From Lama glama (Eukaryota): a stretch of DNA of 64,000 nucleotides. Below the pieces are notes generated by a model that ran no database searches, was not told where the DNA came from, and saw only the letters and a list, made by a program, of their open reading frames with translations. The position numbers and the translations under genes are program-made. Where the stretch lies: positions 68,822,001 to 68,886,000 of the forward strand of contig CM052817.1 in the NCBI GenBank assembly GCA_028534125.1. The letters are read 5' to 3'. Shown piece by piece: positions 1-12,985 of the stretch (positions within the stretch are counted from its first letter, which is position 1; the number at the start of each line of letters is the position of its first letter).

Positions 1-24
1 TATTTTACCATTATGAATATTTGC

Positions 25-200
25 TAACTCTAAGAAAGAAACATAGACAAGAGAGAAAGTAAAGATACAAAGAAAGAAGCAGAGATTGAAGTAGAGAAAC
101 ATGACAGATGAGGAGAGAGACAGTGGAAGGAAAAGAATGGGAAAAAAGGAAGAGGAAGAGAGCAGAAGGAAGTGATGAGAAAATGAGAACCTGAGAGACA
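25..200. repeat. Purine (GA)-rich low-complexity tract
   Basis: Sequence is almost all A/G on the + strand. This explains the S/L/F-rich ORFs 11..232 and 30..293. Confidence 0.75.
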
Positions 201-1317
201 ATTTGTGGGCTTGTGAACACATGTGGACACATCTAAAAGATTCCACAGCTTTGTTTGTTTTCCAGTTAAATTGGATGCTTTAGTCTTCATCATGGTTTGT
301 CAGGCATTTTAAGTCTAAGTAGTCAGACCACTTCAGTTGTTTTAACACCCCAAATCCAAATGATTGGACAGTTAAAACTACCCAATATGGTCAACCATTT
401 AGCAATCCTGGGGACTGAACAAGTGATTGATGTGGTATATGAGGCAGACTCAAACTGTAATTTGTTACTTCAGAGAAAGAAAGCTAACAAATTCTTTTTG
501 GGAAACTCAAGAGGGATTGGATAAACTTGTGTTAAATGATAGGATACTAATATTACATTACTGGATGGTTGGTCTTGAGAAGAGTCTTCCACATGGAAGG
601 AAAAAAAGATTACAACTGTTAGTCTACCTAAATATGTTTCCAGCTCTGTGTTTCTGAAAGTGACAAACAGCCTCCATATGTAGAGCTTGAGGGAATTAAT
701 CACATCTTTTACTTCTCAAGATGGCAGCCAATTGAGAGCTAGGCAAAAGAATCTGAACATTATATTGTCAACTTTATTAATGGTAAAGCTAGTTTGGCAA
801 ATGTAGCTTGAATGTGGCCTATCTGGCTTTCTAATATTTTTTTCCAGATTTATATTTGGATTTACTTGAGTGGTAAGGCCTCCAAAGCAATAACTTATAC
901 AACTAGCAATTCCTCACCATGTTGAGGCCCAGGTCAGGGACACAAGAAGGAGGCCTCCTGTGTCTGTGCAGTGACTTACCATGTTTACTGACCACTGGAG
1001 AAATGTGGATCAATGACTATTAGACTTTTCAGCATTTTACCAAACAGGTAAATCACTGTTCTCCTGTGGAGAGGAACAAATGAGATCTAGAAGGAAGAAA
1101 GAAAAACTTCGGAGAGAGCAAAAGCTCTTATTTTATGGGCTAGTAAGAAAAGAGTGAAGTAGGAAAAATAGCTTCCTACAAATTACACATTCAAAGTACT
1201 CTTATTTTACTCACAATTTTGGTAAAACAGTGCATGTGAGTAGGGAAACTTTGGCTTAGCATTTGAGGGTGCTGATGAGAAGTTCTGAATGTGTTGTAGA
1301 GAAGAATGTGAGACAGT

Positions 1318-1678
1318 CATTTAGCATAATACCCTCCAGGTCCACCCATGTTATTACAAATGGCAAAATTTCCTTATTTTTATGGCTGAGTAGTATTCCA
1401 CTGTGTGTATGTATCTATATCTATCTATATCTGTATCTATATCTATATCTGTATCTAGATCTCTCACATCTTCTTTATCCATTCATCTGTTATAGACACT
1501 CAAGTTTGCTTCCATATCTTGGCAGTTATAAATAATACTGCTATGAACATTGGGGTGCATGTATTTTTTCAAATTAGTTTTTGCTTTTGTTTCTGTTTTT
1601 TTGATATATAACCAAAAGTGCAATTACTGGTTCATATGGTAGTTCTATTTTTAGTTTCTTGAGAAATTTCCATATTGT
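1318..1678 (-). mobile_element. L1 fragment (ORF2 C-terminal region), lacking its poly(A) end
   Basis: Antisense L1 motifs 'ttttatggctgagtagtattccact', 'ctatgaacattggggtgcatgta' and 'catatggtagttctatttttagttt' are shared with the copies at 23150-23380 and 28200-28420. Confidence 0.9.
1400..1460. repeat. (TATATC)n microsatellite inside L1
   Basis: About 8 imperfect tatatc/tgtatc units. Confidence 0.9.
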
Positions 1679-2145
1679 AAAATCCTGAATGTTAAGACCA
1701 GAAACATAAAACTCCTAGAGGAAAACATAGAACACTGCCTGACGTAAATCATTTTTGGCTCTGTCTCCTAAAGCAAATGAAAGCAAATATAAACAAATGG
1801 GACCTAACTGAATTTAAAAGCTTTTGCACAGCAAAGGAAACCACTGACAAAATGAAAAGGCAACCCAAAGAATAAGAGAAAACATTTGCAAATGATGTGG
1901 CTGATAAGGGATTAATATCCAACATATATAAACAAGCTCATACAAGTCAACATCAAAAAAACAAACAACCCAATTAAAAAATGCACAGAAGACCTGAATA
2001 GACATCTTTCCAAAGAGGACATTCAGATGGCCAACACATATGAAAAGGTGCTCATCATCTCTAATCATCAGGGAAATGCAAATCTAAACTGCAATGAAAT
2101 ATCACTTTACACCAGTCAGAATGGTTGTCATCAAAAAGGACACAA
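1679..2145 (+). mobile_element. L1 ORF2 fragment, inverted relative to 1318-1678
   Basis: Degenerate ORF2 motifs [26 protein letters not shown] and [13 protein letters not shown] (start of ORF 2094..2294). Confidence 0.9.
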
Positions 2146-2259
2146 AGGATTGTCTTTCCATTAGGCCACTCTTACTGAAAATGCCACCCCCACCTCTGGA
2201 CAAAGCCTCCAAGAGCATAGCATCTGACTACCATTGCAAGTATGGGAGACCTGCTAAAA

Positions 2260-2705
2260 CTATTCACAAGAGCCAAATACTGGAAACAGTCTAAATGCTC
2301 ATCAATTGATAAATGGATAAACAAAGTATGGTATATCAATACAATACAACATAATTCAACAACCAAAAGTAATGAACTACTGATAACATACTGCAGTGTG
2401 GATAAACCTCTAACAAATTAAGTGAAAGAAGCCAGCCACAAAAGACCACATATTGTCTGATTCCATTTATATAAAATGCTTCCAAAAGCAAATCCACTGA
2501 AGCAGAAAGTGGATTACTGGTTGCCATTACAGTGGAAGGGATGGGCCACAAATGAGCATGAGGGAACTTTTTGGGATGATGGAAATGTTTTAAAATTGGA
2601 TTGTGGTGATTATTGAAAAACTATAAATTTGCCAAAAATAATTAAATTGCATACTTAAAATTAGTAAACTTTATGGTATATAAATCATAACTCAATAAAG
2701 TTGTT
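2260..2705 (+). mobile_element. Old L1M (MC/MD/ME-type) 3' end
   Basis: Motifs 'aaatggataaacaaagtatggtatatc', 'gattccatttatataaaatg' and 'ggaaatgttttaaaattggattgtggtgat'; ends at 'ctcaataaag'. Confidence 0.85.
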
Positions 2706-3444
2706 TAGATATTTATTTCTAGCAAAGGGGCTATGAATTGTGGGTACCCCTTATTTCCTCAGCTCAATGAATATTTCTTATAGAGATTGCTTGAGAATTC
2801 TTGATACCTACTTTCTTATATTACTAAGCATGACATCTAAGATTGTATGTGAAAAGAAGCATTTCTTTAAACTGTGTTGCTCTCATGTGAATGTTAGATG
2901 ATACTCTGTTTCAATAAATGTTGAGGAAGCTGAGTGGAAAGAGTCTGAGTTTCTACTCATGGAAGGAGAGGACTGGGGAACTTCTCTAAGACCAACTCTC
3001 CTCCAACCAAACGGGCAAAAAGCACTCTGAAATGGATGGTAGGAGAAACAACTGTGGGTGTTTCTTTCTCCTTCCCCTGTGTATCCTGAGTTAATAACAA
3101 ACAGGTATTATAACAAACCTTGGAGTAAGTGATTCCTAACTGTTACCTAACCCCATGGAGATTGATGGTGGTGAAGACACATCAGCTGTACTGCAAGTGA
3201 CTAGGATGAAAAGGTTGATAAGCCACTTGGGTGGTGAAGCAAAGTGAGAGCCCTCATGGCTCAAGTAGCACCAAACTGTCTTGCAAGGAGGGTGAGCTAA
3301 GTTAACCACAACGCTGAGGATAGCCAAGTAGGCCATTGTTTAATTACTCAGGACAGCAGGGTGGAGGCCACAGCTGCCATTAACTGCTTTCTTTCTTTCT
3401 TCTTTCTTGCCACATGCAATGCTCAGTCGCTTTTATAATTAAAT

Positions 3445-4020
3445 ATGTACCTATTGACTCACCAAATGTTTACTTAGCACCTATTATGGAAGATTCTGTG
3501 TGCTGGGAATATAGTTGCAGATGAGAAAATGTCCTTGTTTTTGTGGAGCCTAGATTCTGGTGGAGAGAGGTGGATTATAAGTAAAACAAAATAAATAGTA
3601 TTTAAGATATTGATATGTGCTACTAAATAGAGTGATGTGCTACAAAATTGGGTGATGGGGTAGAGAGAGACTAGGGGAAAGAGTGGGGACGGGAACAGCA
3701 TGGAGCCTTTAGCCACAGAGCATTAGCAAGGGCTCCTCTGAAGACATCTCATTGGATTGAAGCCTTAGGGATTCAAAGGATGTAGCCACGTGAAGACTTG
3801 AAGGAGGAACATTCCAGGACAAGGAAGGTTAATTTCAATGATGCTGACATAGAAGTGAGCAGAGACAAAGAAGAGAAGGCATGATGACTGGAGAGTAGTG
3901 GGAATAGGAGAGGTGGGTTTGGAGATGCTCCCAGGGATCTGAAGGTGTAAGGTCTCCAGGCATTGTAGGGAGATTGTATTTAATTCTTACAGCAACAGGG
4001 AGTCCTTGGAGAGTTTGTAG
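3445..4020 (-). mobile_element. L2 3' fragment
   Basis: Antisense L2-like text 'aaatgtttacttagcacctattatg', 'gtggagcctagattct' and 'ggaggaacattccaggacaagg'. Confidence 0.75.
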
Positions 4021-5233
4021 AATAATTGAAAGATATTTTTAAGGGATGCCAAAACAGCCTATTGATAGCAGCCTCAAGTCCCAGTCTAGCATCGTCCGCA
4101 AATTCCCACACTTGACTCACTGGAGACTGGTTGCAGGAACCTAGCTCAGGCCTTAAATTTACTCATTGAGGAGAAACTCTTGTCACAACTTTGAACTCTG
4201 GCAAGGTGACTGTAAAGCCTGGGAAAATACTTTTCTAAGGAAGTTTCAACTGATTATTTGAATGGTGTTAAGAATAAATGTCCAGTTTTTAAAAAGAATC
4301 TGTTTAAACAGCCCACCAAATAAACCCAAATGGCTCACTTGGCATTTAACACTTCGCATTAAATGGCCAAACAATTTCCTTTCAAAATAAAGCACTTTAA
4401 TGATCCACAGAAAGTAATGAAATACATTTAACATCGAAAAAAGATAGTCTATGGTTAGGGAGGCAAATCCAAATGACACAGTGTGATACAGAAATAAACT
4501 ATGACTTATCTGTCAAAAAGGCTTGGTCTTATAAAACACAAGGTAATGCAAAGTAGGGAGGAACATTAATAAAACAGCAATTTAAGCTTCCAATTAATCA
4601 AATGTCACTTGACTTTGAGGAACTGTATATTTGTGAGGATAGAATGCCAGCAGGAGTTTATAAACAGCTCAATCTTAGTCTCTGAGGAAGCAATGCTGTC
4701 TGGGATAAGCATATTTGATGGGTCTTGTATGAGCAGCTTATTATCAAATTTAGAACTGTTACTTTGCAAGCCTCCAAGATTGAGATGTTTTTGTATTTCT
4801 TCCCCAAGGAATGGTACTCTGGGAGAGGAGTGTGGGAGAGTCTGAAGGATAAGGAAAAATAAGACCCAAGTGTTAAAGATAAAATTTCAATCCAACAATG
4901 TATAAGAATATGGCTGCCCTAAATTAGGATAAGTATGGGAGTTGTGTTAGAAATATTGAGTTATCATTTGAGCTAATGGTAGCTCAAATCTAAGCAAGTT
5001 TGTTCTGTGTATTTTTAGGAATGAATCTTACTCTTAAAGCTGTGTTTATAAGACAGTTAGTCATCTAGTATTTTTTAAGCCCTGTGGGAATGTCTCTTTT
5101 TTCCATTCTGTACACTTTTAGTGTGATATATATATATCTGTCTGGCGCATGGTAGGAATTCAATAATTATTTGTTGAAATAAATGTTAAATTAAAAATGT
5201 GAGTCTGTTCTTTGCCTTTAAAAATTCAGCGAT

Positions 5234-5371
5234 GAGGGGAGGGGATAGCTCAGTGGTAGAGCACATGCTTAGAGCATGCATGAGGTCCTAGGCTCAATCC
5301 CCAGTACCTCCATTAAAAAAAATAATTAAATAAATAAACCTAATTACCTGCCCCCAAACAAACAAACAAAC
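5234..5371 (+). mobile_element. tRNA-derived SINE, Vic-1-like (Camelidae)
   Basis: Starts 'ggggaggggatagctcagtggtagagcacatgctt'. A box at 5246-5256, degenerate B box 'ggctcaatcc' at 5291-5300, then 'ccagtacctcc', 'aaataaacctaattacct' and a (CAAA)n tail. TSD aaaaattcag at 5220-5229 and 5372-5381. Confidence 0.88.
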
Positions 5372-5654
5372 AAAAATTCAGGAATAATAGGGTCACAACG
5401 CAGAAAAAATTAAACAAGCCGGGCTGACTTTAGTCAATACATTTGTTATGTTGATGCCTGGGGGGAATTGTGCAGGCAACTAGCAAGTGCAGGGATTGGA
5501 GAGTGCGAAATGGACAGTTGGTTTCAGCTTATCCTCTGCTTGAAGGCAGGTACATTACAGGAGAAGTTAAAAGCATGAGCAAAGGTAGAATGTCAAGAAA
5601 GCTTGTGATGCATTCTGGGGAAGAGCAGAGTCAAGTTTAGTTGAAGAATAGAGT

Positions 5655-6030
5655 ATCATCATGGAGAGAGGTTGGTATAGTGGGAAGAAAAGGATTGTGA
5701 GTCATATAAAAGCCTAACCCTGCTGTCACTTTGGAAAACAACAGTTATGGTCATCAGTTTCCTCACCCTAAAAAAGAGATATTGGTGTTCTCTTTCCCTG
5801 TGTTCTTCATAACTGCTAATGAGTATTTATATTCATTGAGGTCTTACTATGTGCTCAGCACTCTTCTAGGCGCATTAATTCTATTAATTTAAATACCTGT
5901 GTGAAGCACTTGACATTAATGACCTTATTCATCCCTCACACAAATTCTTTGATGTAAGAGTTGTGAGGATAAAATCGAATAACATAATGCAGTGCTTGGC
6001 TTATAGTATATTCTCAGATAAATTCATTTC
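5655..6030. mobile_element. Degraded MIR fragments (both orientations)
   Basis: Motifs 'ggtatagtgggaaga', 'cagtttcctcaccctaaaaa', 'cttactatgtgctcagcact' and 'gttgtgaggataaaatcga'. Confidence 0.55.
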
Positions 6031-7500
6031 TCTACCCATCCCATCCCTTCCCTTGTAGGTAAATCATGGGGGTTAAGTCTGGAAAGGCAACTGGGAACCA
6101 AACTGCAGAGGGGCCTTACTATTAGTACTTTATTCATCCAACAACTTGTGGTCTTTGAAGGTTTTGGAGCTGGGAAGTGACATGTTTATAGCTGTGATTT
6201 CCCTTTACAAACAACCAAGTCCTGTGGGTTGGATATTTTTCTCATTGCTTCATCATTTTAAATTCAGAGATTAAGTTTTCAATGCAAGTTGCAAACTTAT
6301 TAAACATTTTTCTTTTTAAAAGGAATAACACATCCCTCAAATTATTAGAGGCTCTCAGTAGCATCTTTGAGATCTGCTCATTAACATGTCAAGTCCATTT
6401 ATTCTCAGTGGTATAGACACTTGAGCCAAAAGTATTGTTCCTGACTGTATTTCATGCTATTTTTCCCTGAGAAATACTGGGACACCCTTCACTATCTGTT
6501 GCCCACCTTAATCAGTTGAACAGTTTTACTTTCTTCCCCCATGATTATCAAGTATCAACTTAAAGACTTCTTTCAACAGCTCTGCTATTTTTCTAAATGG
6601 TACCAATTAGCACTTATTTTTTATTGCTGGATGAATTTTAGTCTCCTTCACCACAGATCACTGGACGGACATTTTAAAATCTCTCAAAATGTCTCACATG
6701 TCTCCTCCCGATCTCTTTTATTTCAACCTTTCAGCATTGCTGTGTGTACAAACCACTGACTAAAATTTATAATAGTAAAACAAAATAAATAACCATCATA
6801 CCTGGCTAAACCTCTTTATAAACCTAAGGAGATTCAAGGCTAGAATACTTTAGACTCTCAAACTTAAAAAAAAAAAAGTAGACTTCTTAAAGAATTTGTT
6901 TATTCTAATCATTAATTGTAGTATTTAATTCAAAGATTATAAACTTAAGATTAAAATTTTAAAATATGTTTAAAACTATCATAAGTCACAAGGCTGATGA
7001 GAATTCACAAATAAGTTTTTTGGCAGTCTAAAGTAGAAGAATAGGAATCATGATTTGCAGATAAAATATCCCTTTCACCACATTGTAGAATACACCCAAT
7101 ATAGTAAGATTGTTTGAAGGCAGTTTATAATAAAAAAAATGCCCTAATCTTAGTTCTCAAGATCCTTGCTTCTACAGACAGATAGATGTAGGTCCTTACA
7201 CAAAGGAAATACATAGTCACCATAGGTAACAGATATGTTCTCAACTGTTTGCATAAGTTGAATCTACACTAGTGACAGTGAGTGGCCACATGATCTAAGA
7301 TCTTGTTTCAGAACATGCCAGCCGGAAAACACTGGACTCTTCATGTCTAGAGCCTGTTTGCTTGTTTGTTGTCTCACTTTATTGTAAGTTACATGAGGGC
7401 ATAGACTACTTCTGAATCTGTGGCCCCTAACGCTGTGCTTGGCACATAAAAGGCACCCACACTAATATGTGGTTGCTTTTGGCATGACTTTGAGTCAGAT

Positions 7501-8512
7501 CAGTGTTTTATTATGATGCTTCTCAAACTAACTGTAAAGAAGAACTACTTTGTTTTTTGACTTTCCAATCTGTCTCGTATTGATTCTTTTATAAAACACA
7601 AGAAGTGAATTACTAGAAAATAAAATGTAAAGACAAAAAAAACTCTAATTTTTAAATTATTAGATGAAATTGACATAAAACTTCTCTGTTAAATTGCCTT
7701 AAGAGTTTCTAAATGCTTTTTCTTAAATTCTTATTTCTCTTGTTGAGAATGAGTAAAGCAGTTTATGAACCATCTGCTGTCAAAGAACCACACTATTTTT
7801 TAAAATTTTATCTTTATTGAAGTATAGCTAATTTACAATGTGTTAGTTTCTGGTGTATAGCAAAGTGATTCATATATACATATTTACATATATATATATT
7901 CTTTTTAAGATTCTTTTCCATTATATTTTAAGATGTTGAATATAGTTCCCTGTGCTATACAGTAGGACCTTGTTGTTTATCTATTTTATATACAGTAGTG
8001 TGTACCTGCTAATCCCAACTCCTAATTTATCCCTCCCCCTCTATCCCTTTTGGTAACCATAAGTTTGTTTTCTATGTCTCTAAGTCTATTTCTGGTTTGT
8101 AAATAAGTTAATTTGTATCATTTTTTAAAATATTCTACATGTAAGTGATACCATATGATATTTGTCTTTGTCTGTCTGACTTACTTCACTAGTATGGTAC
8201 TCTCAAGGTCCATCCATGTTACTGCAAATGGCATTATTTCATTCTTTTTTATGGCTGAGTAATATTCCACTGTATGCATATACCATATCTTCTTTACCCA
8301 TTCATCTGTTGTTGGACACTTAGGTTGCTTCCATGTCTTGGAGTTTTCTCCAGATGTATGCCCAGAAGTGTGATTTGCTGGATCACATGATAACTCTATT
8401 TTTAGTATTTTAAGGAACCTCCATACTGTTCCCATAGTGGCTGTACCAATTTACATTCCTACCAACAGTGTAGGAGGGTTTCCTTTAGAGAACCACACTT
8501 TAAATAGTACTT
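7501..8512. mobile_element. Non-autonomous hAT-Charlie-like DNA transposon, split near its end by the L1 at 7795-8488
   Basis: Starts 'tgcttctcaaact' and ends 'accacactttaaatagtact', resembling Charlie-type termini. Interior is AT-rich. Confidence 0.55.
7795..8488 (-). mobile_element. 5'-truncated L1 with poly(A) and TSD
   Basis: 3' end 'ttattgaagtatagctaatttacaatg'. ORF 8181..8435 is L1 ORF2-like (KTWKQPKCP, EYYSAIKKNEIMPFA). TSD agaaccacact at 7784-7794 and 8489-8499. Confidence 0.95.
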
Positions 8513-8859
8513 ATAGTATGAACTTAGTCTGCCCCTAACTAAACTCCCTGGGATCTGTTTGGTCAATTGTAAAATGTAGAACAGAGCTGACTCCTCAGAG
8601 GCTGGTACCCAGAGGTACCCTACTTTGTTCTTATATCTCTGATAAGTCTAATCAGTACTTCTTCTGAAGGAAGGGTATCTGACAGGTGTGAACCAGTGTC
8701 GGGCTGAGGGCTCCCTTTCACCATCTCCTAGACTGACTTATATCCCTAAAGCCTTTGTTCTGGAATCAAGGCTACTGTAGTCCTGAAAATAACCATTCAC
8801 TGGACTAATCTTTGAAAGCTGATAAACATTTTTAGCATAGTAGTTATCCCCTCTCCCCT

Positions 8860-9090
8860 GAAATATTTAATATTCCCTTTCCTGCTTCATACTTTCTTCA
8901 TAGCACTTAACAATGCCATAATTTGCATTTTGCTTCTCTTATTCATAATCCTTCTCCCTTCCCTTAAATGTAAGCACAGTCAGAGCTGAAATTCTAATCA
9001 TTTTTGATCATTCCTGTGAAAAAAAATATACTATGCTTGACACATGATAGACACCAAGTATGTTTTTGAATAATGAGTAAGTGAATCTCA
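8860..9090 (+). mobile_element. L2 3' fragment
   Basis: Motifs 'ttcttcatagcactta', 'aaatgtaagc' and 'tgcttgacacatgatagacacc...tgaataatgagt'. Confidence 0.6.
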
Positions 9091-10674
9091 ATTCACTTGT
9101 GTTGTCCTTTAGTGATTTAATGTGACAACTCTTGCATGTTCACTACTTCAAGAACTTTGAATACTTCATTTTCCTTGAGATTTACTATAGTCTTAATGGA
9201 AAATTCAATATTTGAGGTAATTTAAACACAACCTTGAAGCTTTTTCAACTTGGCTATTTATATAATTCCACGTGTATTTTCCTCTAATATATCAAAGGGG
9301 CTTTTAATGTGTGTCAAATTCAAAGTTCTCTTTCAAAAGCATAGTTTGGGTTCATCTGAACACAACAAAAAAACACAAATCAAATCTACTTTTAATGTAA
9401 AAAGCATAGTTTAAAAATATTCTTATAAATCACAAATGATTGAGTGGAATCATTTTAGATTTTCTAAGAAAAAAATTTCCTTTAAAAAATGAGCATGAGA
9501 AATTTCAGCCCTATAAGGAGATATGTGTATTTGAGTGTTTGTGTGTGTGTGTTACAAATTTTTTAAGTGAGAAAAACTCAAGTACCTGTTTTCACATACT
9601 TAAGTTCTTTCCCAACCACAATTATACCACGACACTATAGTACTGTCAGCAATAAAACCAAAGTGATTTTTCTAGTCCCACATTTATAGTACGTTGGGAA
9701 AAGGTACAAAATCTTTTTATTTATATCAAGCAGTCTTTACTTTTCCTTTCAGGAAATTCAAACAATGCAACTAAATAAAACACGAATCTGCCTTATGATG
9801 TTACCCACTACAGAAAAAAAAGAAAATTCAAATATGTTTAAACATATATAAACTTTTGTGTTTAATTTTTTGTCCATATGTGCCTTAATAATTTTAAAAA
9901 ACAAAGTTCCCATGTATATTTTTTTCTTTCCTATTCCCATACTGGCTAATCAACTTTTTTCATTTTTTCCCCTCTATTACCTGATTATTTCATCTTAGTA
10001 TTCATATTTTTAATACAGTTTTTATGGTTAGCTAAAACTTCAACTTTTCTACAAAAGTACAGTTTGGTTTTTATGCCTATTTTAAGGTTTTTAAGTTAAA
10101 CATTGAAAGGCAGGCCATAGATGGGACCACATTTTCCCTCTTCCAGTGTTCCTGCCTGTACACACTCAAGAAGTAGAAACTTTGATCCTTCCATAACTAA
10201 TGAAAAGTGAAACTTGACCCTTTCTTCCATTTGCTTATCTACCCACTCCCTTCCCTCAAGAAGACTGACTTAATTGATAGGTGAAATTGAGAAGATGGTC
10301 AGTGCAGTTGTTTGGCGAAAGTACACGCCCCTCTTTGAGATCTGTCCACTTTGAGGAAGTGTGCTTCCTTCCCCCTACCCCTTGCCAGGCTTCTCCATAT
10401 GGTAAATGCCCCTGGTTCATGGCCCGAGACCAGGGGCCTGTATTCCAGAGCCATATGTGAAAGCTCACATCTCTGCAGCCCCAGAACCTAATGGACCTGG
10501 GAGGGATTCGGGGTAAGTGTCTCTGCTCTGAAGCCCTCAACTCTTCTTTGGAGGAGTAGTGCTGATCTGTAGATTTGGGAGAAATAAAAACAGGAACAAA
10601 AACAAAACTAATTCTGGTCATAGATTAAGCGGCTTTCTTTAATTCAATATTACCAATAACAAAACCAATATTTT

Positions 10675-11335
10675 CACAATGTCTTAATGTCTATTTGACT
10701 AAACATGTATCTGAACACTCAGTCAATTCAGCATGTGGAGAGGAACACAGAGTTGGGATGAACAATCATTCTCATATCAGAAAAGTGGGTAGAATTTTAG
10801 TAGACAAATATAAGGAAGGAGATGCAGAGGGTGATGTGAGAAAAGTGGGCAGAGTGGTTGCCCACTTCTGCAGTGTGGGTTTGTGAATGACAAGTCTTTT
10901 ATGGCTGGAGCATAGGATGCTTTGGGGAGCTTTAATGGAAAAAAAAATTGGATAAAATAAGGTGGAGATAAATGTTAGTTGCTATTCTATGCAATGAAGA
11001 ACTGTGAGAAATTTTTAGTTGATATGGTTAGATACTAAAAAGATAAAAAAGAGATGAGCAGTGTGAAGGAAAGTTTAGGGGCATGAATAGGAATAATGGG
11101 AGAAGGAGTGAGGGAAGAAAAACAGGTGAAAATTAGACTAGATATCTTATCCATCTGAAGAGCAATAAAAGTCAGAACTGAAGCAGTCAGCATAGAAAAA
11201 ATTATATGTATTAAGGACATATTTTGGAGGCAGAAGTTAGCTTTTGACTGGATGTGAAAGGTATGGAAAAGAGAAGGAGAATTTGACAAATTTTTAAACC
11301 ATATGAATTGGGAGAATGATATTTCATTAATCAAC
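10675..11335 (-). mobile_element. Degraded L2
   Basis: Purine-rich antisense L2-like text, e.g. 'ggacatattttggaggcagaag...gactggatgtg'. Confidence 0.5.
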
Positions 11336-11469
11336 TTAAAGAATAAATATATATATAATATTTTAACCTTCCTTCTTTCCATTTTCTTATTTCTCCATCT
11401 CTTCCTTTTTTCCTTTCCACTTTTCTTCCTCCCTCCCTTCCTTCCTTTTCTTGGTTCTATAGCCCTCGA

Positions 11470-11670
11470 ATCTATTGAACACATGCTAAGTATAACCTTT
11501 TTAATTTGAACTTTTCATTTAATCTTCACATTGATCCTACAAAGAAGACAGATTTTAGTTAATTGGTTGCTTGATTAATTAATTAACTCAAGGCTCAGAG
11601 AGCCTCAGTAACTTGTTCAAGGTCACCAATTGGCATGTGTGGGCACTTGGGTTGGAACCCAGATCTGTCA
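11470..11670 (-). mobile_element. MIR
   Basis: MIR core 'ggctcagagagcctcagtaacttgttcaaggtcac...ggaacccagatctg'. Confidence 0.75.
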
Positions 11671-11689
11671 TGTTCTTTATCTTTAAAGG

Positions 11690-12375
11690 AAGACTATTTC
11701 TCTATGCAGAACACTTCTGACACCAAATGTGTGTGTCTTCCATGAGAACTTCTTGAATTGTCTGTGGATACTAGCTGGGTATCCTACAATTTAATTCATT
11801 CTGATACTAACTACCAACCCCACAGGTGAAGGGCTCAGTCCCACAAGACTGTCCTTCCACCTCAGATGCCAGTCACAAGGAGTGGGTCTCCAGATTACTA
11901 TACTTCTGTCTGGCTTGGCTACAAATTGCAGGTTCCCATGCTCCACCTCCTTATTTGTGATTATTTTGCTATAATAGCTCACAGAACTTAGGGAGATACT
12001 TTATTTTCTATTATTGGTTTACTGTAAAGGATATTATAAAGGATACAGGTGAGCAGTCTGTTGAAGAGGTATATAGAGCAAGGTCTGGAAGGGCCCTGAG
12101 TGCAAGATCTTCTGTCCCTGTGGGGTTTGGAGAACACTACTCTCCTGGCACATGGATGCATTCACCAATCTGGAAGCTTTCTACTTAAGAGTTTTGTATG
12201 GAGATTCCATTACTTAGGCATGATTTATTATATCATTGGCTATTGGTGATTAATCTGAATCCTAGCCTCATTCCCCTCTCTGGAGGTTTGGGGAGGACCT
12301 GAATATAAGTTCCAATCCTCTAATCACACAGTATTTCCTTTGGCAACCAGCACACATCTAAGAGTCTCTTAAATT
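11690..12375. mobile_element. MER21-like ERVL LTR
   Basis: Motifs 'cagaacacttctgacaccaaatgtgtg', 'gggctcagtcccacaagactg', 'cagatgccagtcacaag' and 'gctacaaattgcaggttcccatg'. Confidence 0.8.
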
Positions 12376-12609
12376 AACATTTCATTGGTTAGTTCTTATT
12401 AGTTTATCAACTATTTATTGATTTCATACCCTGCTCAAAACAAGAAATGTATATATTGATGAAAAGTAATATTTCAAAAGTGCTGTTAATAAAAACCTTC
12501 ATATTTTTGAAATGTAATATTCCTCAAGATATACTTAACCAAATGTTTGCCTGGCCACAACTCATAGGATGGAGTAGGTGTGACTTTAATATAAGGAAGT
12601 TACATTATG

Positions 12610-12985
12610 AATTATGAGCTGAATTTTGTCCGACCCCTAATCCTGGTTCATATGTTAAAAGTCCCAGACCCCAGTACCTCAGAATGTAACTGTATTTGGA
12701 GATAAGGTCGTTAAGGAAGTGATTAAGTTAAAATGAGGCCCTAACGGTGAGGCCCAAATTCAAATATGACTAGTGTCCTTATAAGAAGAGAAGGAAAGAC
12801 CAGGGACTCAGACACAGAGGGACAACGATGTGATGAGTACAAGCTAAAAAGGCCTTGGGAGAAATCAACCCTGCTGGCATCTTGCTCTTGGAATTTCAGC
12901 CTCCAGAACTATGAGAAAATTAACTTCTATTGTTTAAGCCACTTAATTTAGTATTTTGTTGTGGCATCTCTAGTAAACTAATATA
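12610..12985 (+). mobile_element. MaLR solo LTR, MLT1A-like
   Basis: Motifs 'ccccagtacctcagaatgtaactgtatttggagataagg', 'gtgtccttataagaagag' and 'cagcctccagaactatgagaaaat'; ends 'aaactaatata'. Confidence 0.9.

Noticed and set aside
848..872. 25-nt micro-exon (ttttccag|...|gtaagg)
   Set aside because: Splice-like sites are good, but the length is not a multiple of 3, the peptide is unrecognised, and such pairs are expected by chance in 64 kb.
5236..5312. tRNA gene
   Set aside because: It has A/B boxes, but also a SINE body, a (CAAA)n tail and a TSD, and the B box is mutated. It is a SINE.
11035..11509. Hydrophobic/basic ORFs 11035..11484 and 11303..11509
   Set aside because: Products of a CT-rich low-complexity tract and L2 sequence.
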